Assembly: GCA_965248265.1 (NCBI GenBank)
Contig: CBDFJF010000002.1
Location: forward strand, 2,336,001 to 2,400,000
DNA: 64,000 bases
DNA from: Candidatus Latescibacterota bacterium
GTDB lineage: Bacteria; Latescibacterota; UBA2968; UBA8231
Direction of reading: 5' to 3'
Each line of letters begins with the position of its first letter. Within the stretch, counting starts at the first letter, position 1. Below, in pieces: positions 20,608-32,010 of the stretch. The position numbers and the translations under genes are program-made. Below the pieces are notes generated by a model. The model was given only the letters and a program-made list of their open reading frames with translations. It did no database searches and was not told the origin of the DNA.

Positions 20608-21735
20608 CTACATCTCGATCCCCAGAATCCGCGCCACGGTTCCACCCATGATCGCCGCTCGCTCCTCATCGCTGAGAAAGTCACAGTACTTCTCGATCCA
20701 ATCGCGGGACTGGCGGTAGGTACAGAAGCGATTCTGGAACGGCATGTCGGTACCCCACAGCAGATGGTCGGCGCCGATGCGGGCGACCATTTCCTCCAGC
20801 ATCGGCCACACCTCCCGATACGGGAAATCAAACAGATCGCCCAATCGCACGGGAAAGCAGACTTCCATGTTGCAGGTGGGGCTGGCGAAGGGTTCCCAGA
20901 TCTCATCCGGCACCACGAGGTGGTCATCCTGCAAGAAAGCGCGCCACGGAAATCCGTGGGTGAGACTGCAGACGGTGTCGGGGTAGCGCTCCATCCAACG
21001 CATCAGAATGCGCAGCTCATCGATGTATCCCTGTCGTCCCTGTTCCCCAGTCTGATTGCACGACATGTCCGAGGGGCCAGATCCAAGGGTGAAGAATACG
21101 GGGACCTTCAAGGCGGTTGCAGCTTCCCAAAAGGGCCTGAAGGGGCCGTCGTCCCACGGTTCGGTGTTGCCGACATAGGTCAGGGGCGGACAGAACTTGA
21201 TGCAGTGCAGACCGAGTTCAGTGATGGCCCTGTCTAGTTCGGCGATCACGGTATCCGTTTCGGCGAGGATGCGCCACTCGTCTACCGGTGTCATCGTCCG
21301 CAGACGGTCGGGGAAGCGCTCGATGCAGGCTGCCTGGTAGGCGGGATCCCGACCGAGGGTGGCATCGACGTGAAGGAGGGCCATGTCGATGTCGGCGTAA
21401 TCCATTTCGCAGGTCAGGCTGAACGGAGTGTACTCGAGGGCGCCCATGTTCGGCGGGTAGAAATGTTTGGTGTACTCCTCGCCTTCCCAATTCCATACAA
21501 CCCGGCCCCGGGCTTTGTTGATGCGGAAGTTCACATCCGGCACGGCGTCGAGGTCCCAGCCCCCCGATGGATTGAGAGGTTCTGAAGGACCCGGGGCCCG
21601 GTCGCGGATGCGGAAAGCCGGCTGGTGGTGGCCGGCGTTAGCCAGCTGAACCCATTTGAGATGCTCTTCGCCGCTGGCGTGGCCGGCGGGACTGTCGGCG
21701 GGGTCAAAACAGTAGACGTGGGAGTCGATGATCAT
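20608..21735 (-). CDS. Amidohydrolase_2 family protein
   Basis: IIDSHVY, THG, LLWGTDMP, GGTVARILG. Confidence 0.85.
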   Translation of the reverse strand: MIIDSHVYCFDPADSPAGHASGEEHLKWVQLANAGHHQPAFRIRDRAPGPSEPLNPSGGWDLDAVPDVNFRINKARGRVVWNWEGEEYTKHFYPPNMGALEYTPFSLTCEMDYADIDMALLHVDATLGRDPAYQAACIERFPDRLRTMTPVDEWRILAETDTVIAELDRAITELGLHCIKFCPPLTYVGNTEPWDDGPFRPFWEAATALKVPVFFTLGSGPSDMSCNQTGEQGRQGYIDELRILMRWMERYPDTVCSLTHGFPWRAFLQDDHLVVPDEIWEPFASPTCNMEVCFPVRLGDLFDFPYREVWPMLEEMVARIGADHLLWGTDMPFQNRFCTYRQSRDWIEKYCDFLSDEERAAIMGGTVARILGIEM

Positions 21736-21777
21736 AACAGTCTCATGGCTGGGTTGGTAGGGTAACGGGGCTGGAGG

Positions 21778-22086
21778 TCAATCCAGATGAAATACCTCGC
21801 GGAGCACCTCAATTTTCGGTGAGGAGTCTTCGTTGCATTCCATCAGTGGTGCCATGAAGCGCCACCACTTCCAGGTCAGCTCGTTCTCTTTCATGGTGTC
21901 CAGCGTGGCGGGATCCTCCGTTTCCAGGTACGCGAACAAGGTCAAGCCGTGGAGGTAGATGTTGTAGTTCCTTATGCCGGAACGGCTGATGAGCTCGGCC
22001 AGCTCCGGCCAGATCTCATCATGGCGCTTCTCGTACTCCGCTTCGCAGCCTTCCTTAATGTGCATGACGAATGCTACTCGTTCCAT
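21778..22086 (-). CDS. rhaM: L-rhamnose mutarotase
   Basis: EYEKRHDEIWPEL, GIRNYNIY, LFAYLE, KWW, EVFHLD. Confidence 0.88.
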   Translation of the reverse strand: MERVAFVMHIKEGCEAEYEKRHDEIWPELAELISRSGIRNYNIYLHGLTLFAYLETEDPATLDTMKENELTWKWWRFMAPLMECNEDSSPKIEVLREVFHLD

Positions 22087-22114
22087 TCAGGTCTCCCTAT
22101 CTCCCACCCCATGA

Positions 22115-22915
22115 TCAGGGTATCGGAATCTCCGAATTGAACACCTGCGTCCGCTTCATGATGCGCCGTTCCGCATCCGGGAAGGGTTCGCGGCGGTGCA
22201 TGGTCGGACGGTTGTCCCAGATCAGCAGGTCGCTGACCTGCCAGTCATGGGACCACACGAATTGGGGCTGCGACTGGTGCTGGTAAAGGGTCTGCAGGAG
22301 TTCGCGGCTGTCGTTTTCGGACATGTCGACGATGTGGCTGGTCAGGTGCGGTGAAACGTAGAGTGATTTGCCCCCCGTCACCGGGTGAGAGCGCACGACA
22401 GGGTGGGTCGCGGGTTCGGGAGGATTCTGCTCCGGGATGGGGTGCCGGTGCACGGCCCATAGTCCCTGCAGGCGCTGCTTCATACTCTCATCCAATGCCT
22501 CATAGGCCACCGCGCAGTTGCACCATGTGGTGGCGCCACCGACGCTGGGTATTTCGACCGCGTACATAACCGATATCGTACCCGGCTGGGGCATGTAAGA
22601 CAGATCCGAATGGAAGTCGAGCTCATCGCTGCCGAGGGCGCCAATCGGTTCTCCATTCTCCTTCACGTTGGAGATGATGAAGATCTCTCTTACTTCCCGA
22701 TCCCGTTGCTTGCGCACGTGTTCGACCGGTTTGCCGAAGTGACTGGTGAAGCGCACCTGATCGTGATCGGTGATCTGCTGGTCTCTGAAGAAAATCACGC
22801 AGTGATCGAGCAGGGCTTGGCGGACCTGTTCGGCATCCTGATCGGACAACGGATTCGTCAGGTCCAGGTCGGAGATCTCGGCGCCCAGGGCGTCGCCTGT
22901 GGGTGTTACCTGCAT
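22115..22915 (-). CDS. TauD/TfdA family Fe(II)/2-oxoglutarate dioxygenase
   Basis: FHSD, HPVVRSHP, WDNRPTMHRR, R-x-M-x-R. Confidence 0.9.
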   Translation of the reverse strand: MQVTPTGDALGAEISDLDLTNPLSDQDAEQVRQALLDHCVIFFRDQQITDHDQVRFTSHFGKPVEHVRKQRDREVREIFIISNVKENGEPIGALGSDELDFHSDLSYMPQPGTISVMYAVEIPSVGGATTWCNCAVAYEALDESMKQRLQGLWAVHRHPIPEQNPPEPATHPVVRSHPVTGGKSLYVSPHLTSHIVDMSENDSRELLQTLYQHQSQPQFVWSHDWQVSDLLIWDNRPTMHRREPFPDAERRIMKRTQVFNSEIPIP

Positions 22916-23005
22916 ATTTTCGATTAGGGTGTGGGGTAGGCTTCTAGTTCGGCGTGAAAATAGCGGCTGCCAAAAAACGCTGCAAATGAGCTATCGAGCA
23001 ATAGA

Positions 23006-25354
23006 TCAGCGCCGCGGCCAGTTGAGATGTTTTGACAAGAATTCGAAGGTTCCCTCCGCGTTGATGCGGTGGCCTCCGTCGAAGTATTCGATCTCCGTTT
23101 TGTCTGCCAGACCCAACAGGGCGTAGTGTCGCTGCGTCTTGGCATACTCGTAGCCTACCCACTCATCCGGTGTGACCTGGTCGTGATGGCCGCGTTCGAC
23201 CATGAAGGGACGCGGACAAATCAGCCAACTCATTTCGGCGTGGTTGAAGGTGTTGCCCAGATCGAACTCCGGCATCTCGTATTCGGTTGTTAACCCATAG
23301 CCATACGGCTCTCTAAGTGTCGAGACCTTGCGTGTCCAGTCGCCGTAATTGGCCGAACATATGGAAAGGCAGTAGCGCTCGAGCAGGGCGGGGATTCTCA
23401 TCGCGGTGAAACCGCCGTAGCTGAGTCCGTAGAAGCCGATGCGCTTGCGATCGACGAAAGGCAGGCTCTGCAACCAGTCGAGGATGCGCTCGTTTTGGCT
23501 GAGGACGAAGGAGAACAGGGTTTTCTTCAACGGATGAGCACGGCGCTGGATCTGGCGAAACAGATCCTCGCCGATGTAGGGGTTTTGCGGTGAGAACGTG
23601 ATGAAACCGCGTTCGGCCAGGTGGCAGGCGTACTGATTGTAATCCGGGTTCAGGTGACCGGGATCGGCCACGTCTTTGGACCGGCCCTCCAGGCCGTGTT
23701 GACACACGACGACGGGACGACGTTCGCGCGGACGCATTTTCTTGGGGACGAGGAGGATGCCGTAGGCGAAGACGTCACGGTAGACGTCCAGGACGACCTC
23801 GTAGCCGCGGTACTCAGGTTCATCGAATACCTGGCGGGTACGCGGGTTGAGTGCCATGCGGGACGTCGGCAGCCGGCCGATGATTTCGTCCCAGAGATAA
23901 CGCCGATACTTCACACTCTTGCGCTTCCAGGCTGACAGATTGCGGTGGTCGCCGGTCGGGCCCTTGCGCATGAGATAAGCGTCACGAGAGGCGACCTCGT
24001 GGCGACCTTGCTGAGGGTCTGCGTATTCTGTCCAGAATGCGCGGCGATGAGATTCGGCGCTGGCAAGGGCGAGCTGGGTTTGTTCGACCAGCTGGTCGAA
24101 CTGCCGGTGCTGCCTCTCTTCCGGGTCGACGATGCGGGACAGTGCCGCTGGTTTGCTGTCCGGGGAGCGCAAGCGATTGCTGCCAACCAGTGAGTCCATG
24201 AAATCGCGCAGCAGGGGATCACTACCCGGTAAACTCGATGGACATTCGACAAGGGTAAGGTGTGGAGAAGGATCGAGCGCAGAGACTAACTTACGAGCTC
24301 GGGCGAATTCCTCCCTGACTTCCTCTGGCGGTGGAGTGCTGACGATGCCGGGGGCGCCGCCTTGACGCCCGGGGCGATCAGGAGGGCGATCGACACGCGG
24401 GTGGCGGCAGTTCTCGACGGTCAGTGCCCTGGGAGCGACCAGGCTGGCCAATTCGGCGTCGCCGAATTCGTCGAGCAGCCCGAAAACGTTGCGATAGATC
24501 GGTTCGCGCCACAGCTGCTCCCGTTTGCGGAAATAACCGCATACGGCCGTGGCGTCGATGCGCTGGTCGGCCGCTGCCGAGTAGAGGGCTAGCAGGCCGC
24601 CTTCTCCATACCCGATGATACCGACGCGGCGATTCTGACGACCAGTGCTGGTGAGCCAATCCACAGCGGCGAGGATTCTCTGTACCTCGTATCCGATGAC
24701 GTGACGACCGAGGGCGAACGCCGAGCGATAGATGAACTCGCGGTGCGTCTGGTTGGTCATCCCGTACTCGGGGATTCCCGAATGAAGGTTGTCGCGGTAT
24801 ATCAGTTGGACCACGAGCACGCGACATCCATTCTCGGCCAGGCGACGGGCATACTGTGCCTTCTCGGACAGGCCGGTGCTCAATCCCACCAGCATCTCCG
24901 GTGACCAGTCGCAATCGGGCAGGGCGACGACATCCGCCTTTCTCCGCCTGCCTCTGGGTAGCAGCAGCAAACCTTCGCCTTCGACACTCTCGAGGACGCT
25001 CCAGCGCACGGCAAAGACGCGAAACATCTCTGCCTCACCGACGCAGATGCTGGGGTCGCCATCTCGGTCGACGTCCATCACGCCCTTGAGATCGACTGTT
25101 ACGCGTTCATCTACCAGGCCGATCATCTTGCGAAACCGGTGGCGGTTTTTCTCGATCGATTTCGTGTAGTTTTCGGAGGAGGTATAGTCGCGCTTCCAGT
25201 GCCTGGATCGGCGGCCAGCCGTGACCTGGGTGGCGTTCTCGAGATAGCGCCCGAAGCCGGCGACCATCTGCTGCGCCAGGTCGCCCTGCATTTCGAGCGG
25301 GGCTGTGCCGCGTAGAGGCTCACCCCTGGATTCGGATGATTTGGCCGCGGACAT
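23006..25354 (-). CDS. Tandem alpha/beta hydrolase (dienelactone hydrolase/acetyl-esterase-like, two domains)
   Basis: The C-terminal domain has GLSYGG, D and H; the N-terminal domain has degenerate GYGEGG. Confidence 0.8.
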   Translation of the reverse strand: MSAAKSSESRGEPLRGTAPLEMQGDLAQQMVAGFGRYLENATQVTAGRRSRHWKRDYTSSENYTKSIEKNRHRFRKMIGLVDERVTVDLKGVMDVDRDGDPSICVGEAEMFRVFAVRWSVLESVEGEGLLLLPRGRRRKADVVALPDCDWSPEMLVGLSTGLSEKAQYARRLAENGCRVLVVQLIYRDNLHSGIPEYGMTNQTHREFIYRSAFALGRHVIGYEVQRILAAVDWLTSTGRQNRRVGIIGYGEGGLLALYSAAADQRIDATAVCGYFRKREQLWREPIYRNVFGLLDEFGDAELASLVAPRALTVENCRHPRVDRPPDRPGRQGGAPGIVSTPPPEEVREEFARARKLVSALDPSPHLTLVECPSSLPGSDPLLRDFMDSLVGSNRLRSPDSKPAALSRIVDPEERQHRQFDQLVEQTQLALASAESHRRAFWTEYADPQQGRHEVASRDAYLMRKGPTGDHRNLSAWKRKSVKYRRYLWDEIIGRLPTSRMALNPRTRQVFDEPEYRGYEVVLDVYRDVFAYGILLVPKKMRPRERRPVVVCQHGLEGRSKDVADPGHLNPDYNQYACHLAERGFITFSPQNPYIGEDLFRQIQRRAHPLKKTLFSFVLSQNERILDWLQSLPFVDRKRIGFYGLSYGGFTAMRIPALLERYCLSICSANYGDWTRKVSTLREPYGYGLTTEYEMPEFDLGNTFNHAEMSWLICPRPFMVERGHHDQVTPDEWVGYEYAKTQRHYALLGLADKTEIEYFDGGHRINAEGTFEFLSKHLNWPRR

Positions 25355-25377
25355 GGTTGGTGCGTCCCTGATGCTCC

Positions 25378-26478
25378 TCAGGCGGGCAGGTGCTTCTCGA
25401 AGAACCGCTGCCAGTTGCGGTACATGATGTTGGCGATGTCTTCCTGACGATATCCACGGTCTTCGAGGATCGGCACCAGTTTCTGATAATCGGCGACGGA
25501 ATCGATCTCGAGCGGGGCTCCATCGACACCGCCCTGTCCGTCGGTATCACCACCGATGGCCGCGTGCAGGGCATTGCCGGCCAGCTGGCAGACGTGGTCG
25601 ATGTGATTGGCGACATGGGCGAGGGTGACGGCTTCGCGCGGGAAGTGGTCACGCCGGGGGAACGCACCGGTGTTGGACCAGTCGATGACCTGCTCCTCGC
25701 GTAACATCCAGGTGTCCATGGAGGCGCCGATGACACCGCCGCGCTCGATGATGACGTTGAGTTGCTCGTCGGTGAACTGACGCTGCCCGGGAGCCAACGC
25801 CCGGCAGTTTTGATGGGTGGCCAGCAAAGGCCCCGTATATAGCTCGACTGCCTCCCAGAAGCTCTGATCGGCGATGTGGGTCATGTCCAGGAGCATGCCA
25901 CAGCTTTCCATCTCGTGCAGCAATTCAGCGGCCGGTGGCTTGAGCCCACCCTCGGTGCCGGTGCCGTGCGCGTACATGCTGGGTCCGTAGTGGGTGAGGC
26001 TGACGACCTTGATGCCGTCGTCCCACCAGGCGTGCACCTGGGACGGCTCGATGATGGGATCGGCGCTTTCCAGTCCCAGTATGAATCCTACCGGTGATCC
26101 GGTGTGGTCCACTTCGGTTTCCCAGCGGTCAATGTGATGACGGATGTGCGTACTCGAAGTCAGTACGGCAGCTTCGCCGCTGTGCTCGAGCGCGCGGTAC
26201 AGCGCCAGTTGGCCCTGGCCTACTGCGTACACCGACTCGGCCCCATAGAATCCTTTGAGCAGGCTTCCCGGCCATTTTCGGCGGGCGACGATCTTCATCA
26301 GCACACAGGCGATGTTGCCGCGGCGCATCTCGGGCAGGCAGGCGTAAGGCACGAAGATCGAGTCGGGGTTGGCCGCCCGCATTTGGGCTCGCAGTTCATC
26401 CAGGGGCAGTGTCAGATCGCGATTGCGCTCATCGAGCAGGCTGGAAGCTGCCGGGCAGTCACCGTCGAATATCAGCAC
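25378..26478 (-). CDS. Membrane dipeptidase (peptidase M19) family
   Basis: GLESAD, SLTH, LDMTH, ATHQNCRAL, IDHVCQL, IGGDTDG. Confidence 0.88.
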   Translation of the reverse strand: MLIFDGDCPAASSLLDERNRDLTLPLDELRAQMRAANPDSIFVPYACLPEMRRGNIACVLMKIVARRKWPGSLLKGFYGAESVYAVGQGQLALYRALEHSGEAAVLTSSTHIRHHIDRWETEVDHTGSPVGFILGLESADPIIEPSQVHAWWDDGIKVVSLTHYGPSMYAHGTGTEGGLKPPAAELLHEMESCGMLLDMTHIADQSFWEAVELYTGPLLATHQNCRALAPGQRQFTDEQLNVIIERGGVIGASMDTWMLREEQVIDWSNTGAFPRRDHFPREAVTLAHVANHIDHVCQLAGNALHAAIGGDTDGQGGVDGAPLEIDSVADYQKLVPILEDRGYRQEDIANIMYRNWQRFFEKHLPA

Positions 26479-26742
26479 GTGTCTCCTTCTATTTTCAGTA
26501 TTTTATCGATTCCTGTGTTGACTCCGTGGTAAACTATCCGAACCAGAGCACCAAGTCACCTCTTGCATCATGGTATTCAGATCAAACTTCCGGAGCAATC
26601 GAGGTTGAAGGCAAATCGAGTTGCGGGCGACCATTTTCAGCAAGTGTGTGGCGAGTGGATGGTTAAGTGTCTAGTTTGATGAGACCAGCAAGACGCCCGG
26701 CTTCTGCCAGATGTCCCTATCTATTCACAGCAAGAAATCAAC

Positions 26743-27570
26743 ATGTCGACCAAGCCACTAAGTGAGAAGGATCTAGAGTTCTGGGAAGAGAACGGCTATG
26801 TCGTCGTGCGCAATGCCGTCCCTGTCGAAAACTGCCGCGCCGCTGAGCAGGCCGTGTGGGAGTTTGCCGAGATGGACTCCCATGATCCTCAAACGTGGTA
26901 CCCGGATCCGTCCAAGGGGATCATGAAGGAGATCTACCAACACCAGACTCTTTGGGACAACCGCCAATACCCGCGAGTGCACGAAGCTTTTGCACAGATC
27001 CACAACACCCACAAACTCCTGGTCAGCAATGACCGCGCCAGCATCAATCCGCCGGAGCGTCCCGGGTTCGAGTTCAAGGGGCCATGGCTGCATTGGGACC
27101 GGGAGCTGGACCACCCGGCCAAGGGCCTTCGTGTACAGGGGATACTCTATCTGAATGACACCCCTGACACGCAGGGCGCTTTCACTTGTGTGCCAGGCTT
27201 TCACCTCAAGCTGTGGCAATGGCTGGATGGGTTGCCGGAGGATGCTGAGCCGCGCGAGCTGGTGCGCGAGCAGTTCCAGGACGACGCCTTTTCCGTTGAA
27301 GGCAAGGCCGGCGACCTGGTGATCTGGAACAGCGACCTGCCCCACGGCAGCAGTCCGAACAGGGGGACCAGGCCCCGGGTCTCACAGTACATCACCATGC
27401 ACCGGGCTGCGGAAGCGCCGACGGACGAGTGGCGCAAAGAGCGTGAGACCTGGTGGCAGGAACGCTTGACTGGTCTGGGTGGAAACAAGAAGGAAAAAGA
27501 GCACCAGGAGGGACAGACGGCGAAGCTGACGCCCTTGGGACGGAAACTTCTCGGAGTTGATCCCTGGTAG
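26743..27570 (+). CDS. Phytanoyl-CoA dioxygenase (PhyH) family protein
   Basis: ENGYVVV, LHWD, VPGFH, GDLVIWNSDLPHGSSPN, R. Confidence 0.9.
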   Translation: MSTKPLSEKDLEFWEENGYVVVRNAVPVENCRAAEQAVWEFAEMDSHDPQTWYPDPSKGIMKEIYQHQTLWDNRQYPRVHEAFAQIHNTHKLLVSNDRASINPPERPGFEFKGPWLHWDRELDHPAKGLRVQGILYLNDTPDTQGAFTCVPGFHLKLWQWLDGLPEDAEPRELVREQFQDDAFSVEGKAGDLVIWNSDLPHGSSPNRGTRPRVSQYITMHRAAEAPTDEWRKERETWWQERLTGLGGNKKEKEHQEGQTAKLTPLGRKLLGVDPW

Positions 27571-27588
27571 TAACTGAGGTGCTTCTAT

Positions 27589-28974
27589 CTAGTTCACGTG
27601 CATCCGGAGCATCAGGCCATACCTGAGGTCGTCGCCTTCTCTACCGGATCTTCGCTGAGTGATTTCGCCCCCGTCATCCGGGAACCAGATCTCCGGATTC
27701 AACCGCAGGCGTGCCTGTTGGCTTTCACGCTCCACGAAATCAAGATCGGAGGTCAGGCTGGCGGAGATTGCGATTCCCAGGAGGCCGCCGGTCAACAATG
27801 ACATGTTGTACACCTGAGGACGGCTGATGTCGAGAAGGTAGGGAATGCCCAGCCCGACAGCCGATCCCAGGAAACCTCCCGTGTTGATGAAGCTCACGCG
27901 TTTACGACTGATCTCTCGATGCTCCGTGACACCGATGGCGGTGAAGAGTCCAACGACACTGCTGGCCAGCGATACCGCGACGTAGGGTCGAGGCGAATCC
28001 AGGCCGGATGTTCCCACTCCCAGTGCGCCCCAGGCAGCACCCCACAAGCCACTGGAAACGATCATCCAGGCACGCCCGATGTCGATCTCCTGGTTGCCCA
28101 GCTTGTCCGATGCAATCAAATAGGTGGCTGGGGGAGCCACGAGCAACCAACCGAAGTAGGGCCGACCTGTCCGGACATCGGCGACATAGAGGGTGGCCTC
28201 TCCAATACCGGTCACGTACGGCACTGAAAACCCAAGAATGACTTGCCCACCGTGACTCTTTGCCTGTGTCGCCACCAGAGCGCGCCCGAGCGAGGCATTC
28301 AGCGACAGGGTCTCACCGTTCTTCACGTCGACGTCCAGCGCCCATGGAGCGTACTCCGGCAGAGTAGCCTTGAGGCCATGCGCTCCCGGTTTGACGCTCA
28401 GGGTCAGTGGCGCCCGGCCCTCGAGCAGGCCCCCAAGGTACACCTTGGCGCCGGCCGGCGTGGAGGAGACGCTTATCCAGGCTTCCGGAAGAGCTGACTC
28501 CCCGCCGATGCCCAACAGTTGTTGAGTGGCTACCCGGATGGTCGAGCGTGGATCGAGCGGTGACGCCACAACCTCAACGGTCTGACTCGCCTCAGTCTTG
28601 CCGGATGTGGTGTTGAGCAGGCTTAGTTCAACCACAAACAAATCTGCCACCGTGACAACCCGCCCGGTGATCACCTTGGCGGCCCCTGCCCGCCTGCCGA
28701 GATCGAGTGCGCGCTTCGTCTCGCTGCCGCACTCAAGCATCCCGGTCGTCGTCAGGTTGTCCGTTTTTTCGATCTCCCTGTTGATCAACTCACTGAGCCA
28801 GGATGTTGCGCCCCGCGGCAAGCCCTCGCCGGCCAGATTGCACACAGCAATCCGGATCAGCGCGGAGTGCGCTTCGGTTGGGGGGGCACTGTCGGCCCAG
28901 GAGGAAGTGCACGCCAACATGGCGATCGTTGCAGAGGCGTGCCCCAGGGAGCGAATCCGTCCCATCACCACCAC
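27589..28974 (-). CDS. Exported PEGA-domain membrane protein
   Basis: Signal peptide, CsgG/LpoB-like alpha/beta N-domain, PEGA (VSSTPAGAKVYLGG..GRAPL), Gly-rich hydrophobic C-terminal helices. Confidence 0.7.
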   Translation of the reverse strand: MVVMGRIRSLGHASATIAMLACTSSWADSAPPTEAHSALIRIAVCNLAGEGLPRGATSWLSELINREIEKTDNLTTTGMLECGSETKRALDLGRRAGAAKVITGRVVTVADLFVVELSLLNTTSGKTEASQTVEVVASPLDPRSTIRVATQQLLGIGGESALPEAWISVSSTPAGAKVYLGGLLEGRAPLTLSVKPGAHGLKATLPEYAPWALDVDVKNGETLSLNASLGRALVATQAKSHGGQVILGFSVPYVTGIGEATLYVADVRTGRPYFGWLLVAPPATYLIASDKLGNQEIDIGRAWMIVSSGLWGAAWGALGVGTSGLDSPRPYVAVSLASSVVGLFTAIGVTEHREISRKRVSFINTGGFLGSAVGLGIPYLLDISRPQVYNMSLLTGGLLGIAISASLTSDLDFVERESQQARLRLNPEIWFPDDGGEITQRRSGREGDDLRYGLMLRMHVN

Positions 28975-29127
28975 CTTCTTTTGATTGCTTCAACAAGGTC
29001 TACTGCAGGACCCCATCGCGAAGGCAAGCCCTGGCAAAGGGTCTACCCAGGAGTCTTCTTGCCGGCGCCGTGGACGGCGAGGATGACACGGGGTTGCGTG
29101 GTGCCAGCGTTACCGGGTAACGAACTG

Positions 29128-29598
29128 TCACCCGGGCAGGGAGCTGGTTCCCGACACGTCCTCGATGTAGTCGGATACCCGTCTATGCGCCCGCCACCCG
29201 AGGGCATGCGACTTGGTCACGTCCAGTTTGGCCCCCATATCACCGTCCGCAAACTTGGTCGATGAGCCTGCGTAAACCAGCTTCGGCCCGTGCTTACGCC
29301 AGAACTCGAGCACGCCGAAAGTCCTGGTCCCAGACCACCTCTGGCTCTTCGAGACTGATCTCGACACGCGAGTACTCGCCCAGATGGTATATGCAATCGG
29401 GCGATTCGGTTACGTGTTGCTCAATGTCTCTAGTGGCCCCGCGTGATAATCAACTCCAGGCACGTGGGCCTGTGTGGTTCCGGTGAAATAGTTGTCGAGT
29501 GATATCACCCGGTTGCCCATGGAGTGCAGCCGGGCACACAGATGACTGCCGATGAACCCGGCGCCACCGGTAACGAGTACTGTCGAGGGTTTGCTCAT
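29128..29598 (-). pseudogene. NAD-dependent epimerase/dehydratase remnant
   Basis: [21 protein letters not shown], then frameshifted YHLGEYSRVE, LVYAGSSTKF and the C-terminal LGW segment. The central YxxxK region is deleted. Confidence 0.8.
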
Positions 29599-29726
29599 GG
29601 AAGCCATAGGATGGCCGCTTTACAACAACTGGTCAAGCAGAGCGCCAACCCATTGAGGTTGCTATCGTGCGAGCTCGATTTCAGCTACTTTCGTGGGGCG
29701 ATCCTGGTACAACAGGAGGTCCGTTA

Positions 29727-31705
29727 TGAGTGGCACCGGACAGCATGAACTGCAGCTGACCCTGAGCCGGCTGCAGCGATCTTACAATTTGCTCAAGGAC
29801 GCGGCGAGTATCGCCCACATCGGCTGTTTCGAGTGGGAGATCGAAGCGGATCGAAGCACCTGGTCGCGTGAGATGTACCAGATTCTGGGTCTGGATCCCG
29901 AGGACCTCGGCGAGGACATCAAGGCCGCGGTCATCTTCGAGATGATTCACCCCGACGATCTCGAACACGTGCGCGAGAACCACATCCGCGGCCTCGCGGA
30001 GAACCGCAGCATTCCTTCCGAGTTTCGCGTCATCCGGCCGGACAAGAGCGTGGTAACGTTGTATGCCAGTGGCCAACTGGAATTGGATGAAAGCGGCAAA
30101 CCTGTGCGCCTGCTGGGAACTCTCCAGGATATTACAGAGCGCAAACAGGCCGAAGAGAGTCTGCGCCGAAGCGACGAGCTCTATCGGCTCGTGACCGATG
30201 CCATTCCGGCGTTGATTGCCTACGTCGATGCCCAGCAGTGCTACCGCTTTGCCAATCGGACCTTTGAGGAGTGGACGGGCCAGCAGCGCTCTCAGATTTA
30301 CGGGCGGCACATCAGGGATGTGTTGGGAGAGGCTGCCTACGGCCGTATCAAAAAGTACATCGACAGCGTATTGAGCGGTGACGAAGTCACGTTCGAGGCT
30401 GAGGTGCCTTACGGGCCAGAAGGAAGGCGCCATGTCATGACCACGTACGTTCCACACGTTGGTGACGATGAGGAGATCCACGGGTTTTTCGCGCTGGTCC
30501 AGGATATCACCGAGCGCAAGCGAGCTGAGGAGGAGCGCCGCGTGATCGACACCCGCCTGCAAGAGACTCAGAAACTGGAGAGTCTCGGGCTCCTGGCGGG
30601 AGGTATCGCCCACGACTTCAACAACATGCTGACCGGTATCATGGGCAACTCCGGGCTCGTGCGCATGGAATTGCCTGCCGAATCGCCCCTGATGCAGAAT
30701 CTCCATGACATTGAGACGACGGCGAGAAGCCTATCTGATTTCTGCAAGCAGATGCTCGCCTACTCCGGCAAGGGACGGTTCCTCCTTCAAACCCTGAACC
30801 TGAACGGCATCATCGAAGACATGCTCCAGATGCTTCAGTTCTCCACCAGCAAGAAGGCTGTCCTGGAGTGCGATCTGGCCGACGGCCTGCCCGGGATCGA
30901 TGGTGACGCCTCGCAGATCAGACAGGTCATCATGAACTTCGTCATCAACGCGTCCGAAGCCATCGGAGACAAGACCGGAAGCGTCAAGTTGAGGACCGGA
31001 ACCATGCACGCGGATCGAGCCTACCTGAACGCATCCCTTCTGGGGCCGGATCTGGTGCAGGGAGACTACGTGTTCCTGGAGGTCAGCGACGACGGCTGTG
31101 GCATTAGCGACGAGGACAGGTCCCGCATCTTCGATCCGTTCTACACGACCAAGTTTCGGGGCCGGGGTTTGGGACTGGCCGCCGTTCTCGGTATCGTGCG
31201 TGGTCACAAAGGGGCCTTGAATGTCTCTTCGGAAATGGGCAAGGGCACCACGCTGAGGACGCTGCTGCCGCTGGCAACCGGGCAGGTACCTGAAGCTGAC
31301 ATGGCCGAACAAGGAGCAACGGGCCCGGAGCATTTCAGCGGAACCGTCCTCGTTGTCGACGATGAACTCACCGTGCGCGCGGTTGCCGAACGTGGGCTTC
31401 AATCCATGGGGTTGGAGGTCATTCCTGCCGAAGACGGCCGTGAGGGTTTGGAAAAGTTCAGAGCGCATCCGGACCTGTTCGCGGTGGTCGTTCTGGATCT
31501 CACGATGCCCCACGTAGACGGCGTTGAAGCCTATCGTGAGATACGCAAGTTGAGAACGGATATCCCGGTGCTGCTGATGAGCGGCTTCAACGAACAAGAA
31601 GCCATCAGTCAACTCACCGGTGAAGGCATCGCCGGATTTCTACAAAAGCCGTTCGGGATCGAGGAGTTGAAGCAGAGGGTGAAGCAGCTACTGGGGCAGG
31701 TGTGA
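29727..31705 (+). CDS. Cytoplasmic hybrid sensor histidine kinase (PAS-PAS-HisKA-HATPase-REC)
   Basis: Two PAS/PAC domains (IHPDD, QDITERK twice), AGGIAHDFNN, DDGCG/FYTTK/GLGL, receiver VVDDE..DLTMP..KPF. Confidence 0.92.
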
Positions 31706-31749
31706 AGCCTCCTCACTCAGGACAGGAATTCTGTCACTTGCCCTATCCC

Positions 31750-32010
31750 AGTCTGGGCGCCTGGCTCTACACCGATCTGGTTGAGCGCTTTGCTCAGCGT
31801 GTGCTGCCAGTATCAGCCAATTTGGCGCTCAAGTGGGGAGAGTTGTCGGGGGTTGCTGCACGGTCAGGGCAACAGATCAGCATGGCGGACGGGTTGATTG
31901 GAGCGACCGGAATCGTGCACTCGCTCGTGGTTGTCACTCGGAATGTCGACCACCTGACACCCACGGGCGCGGTCATATTCAACCCCTGGACGGATCAAGC
32001 ACAGCCATGA
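31750..32010 (+). pseudogene. VapC/FitB-like PIN toxin, C-terminal remnant
   Basis: WGELSG...DGLIGATGIVHSLVVVTRNVDH...FNPW. The N-terminal LLDT motif and any antitoxin gene are absent. Confidence 0.75.
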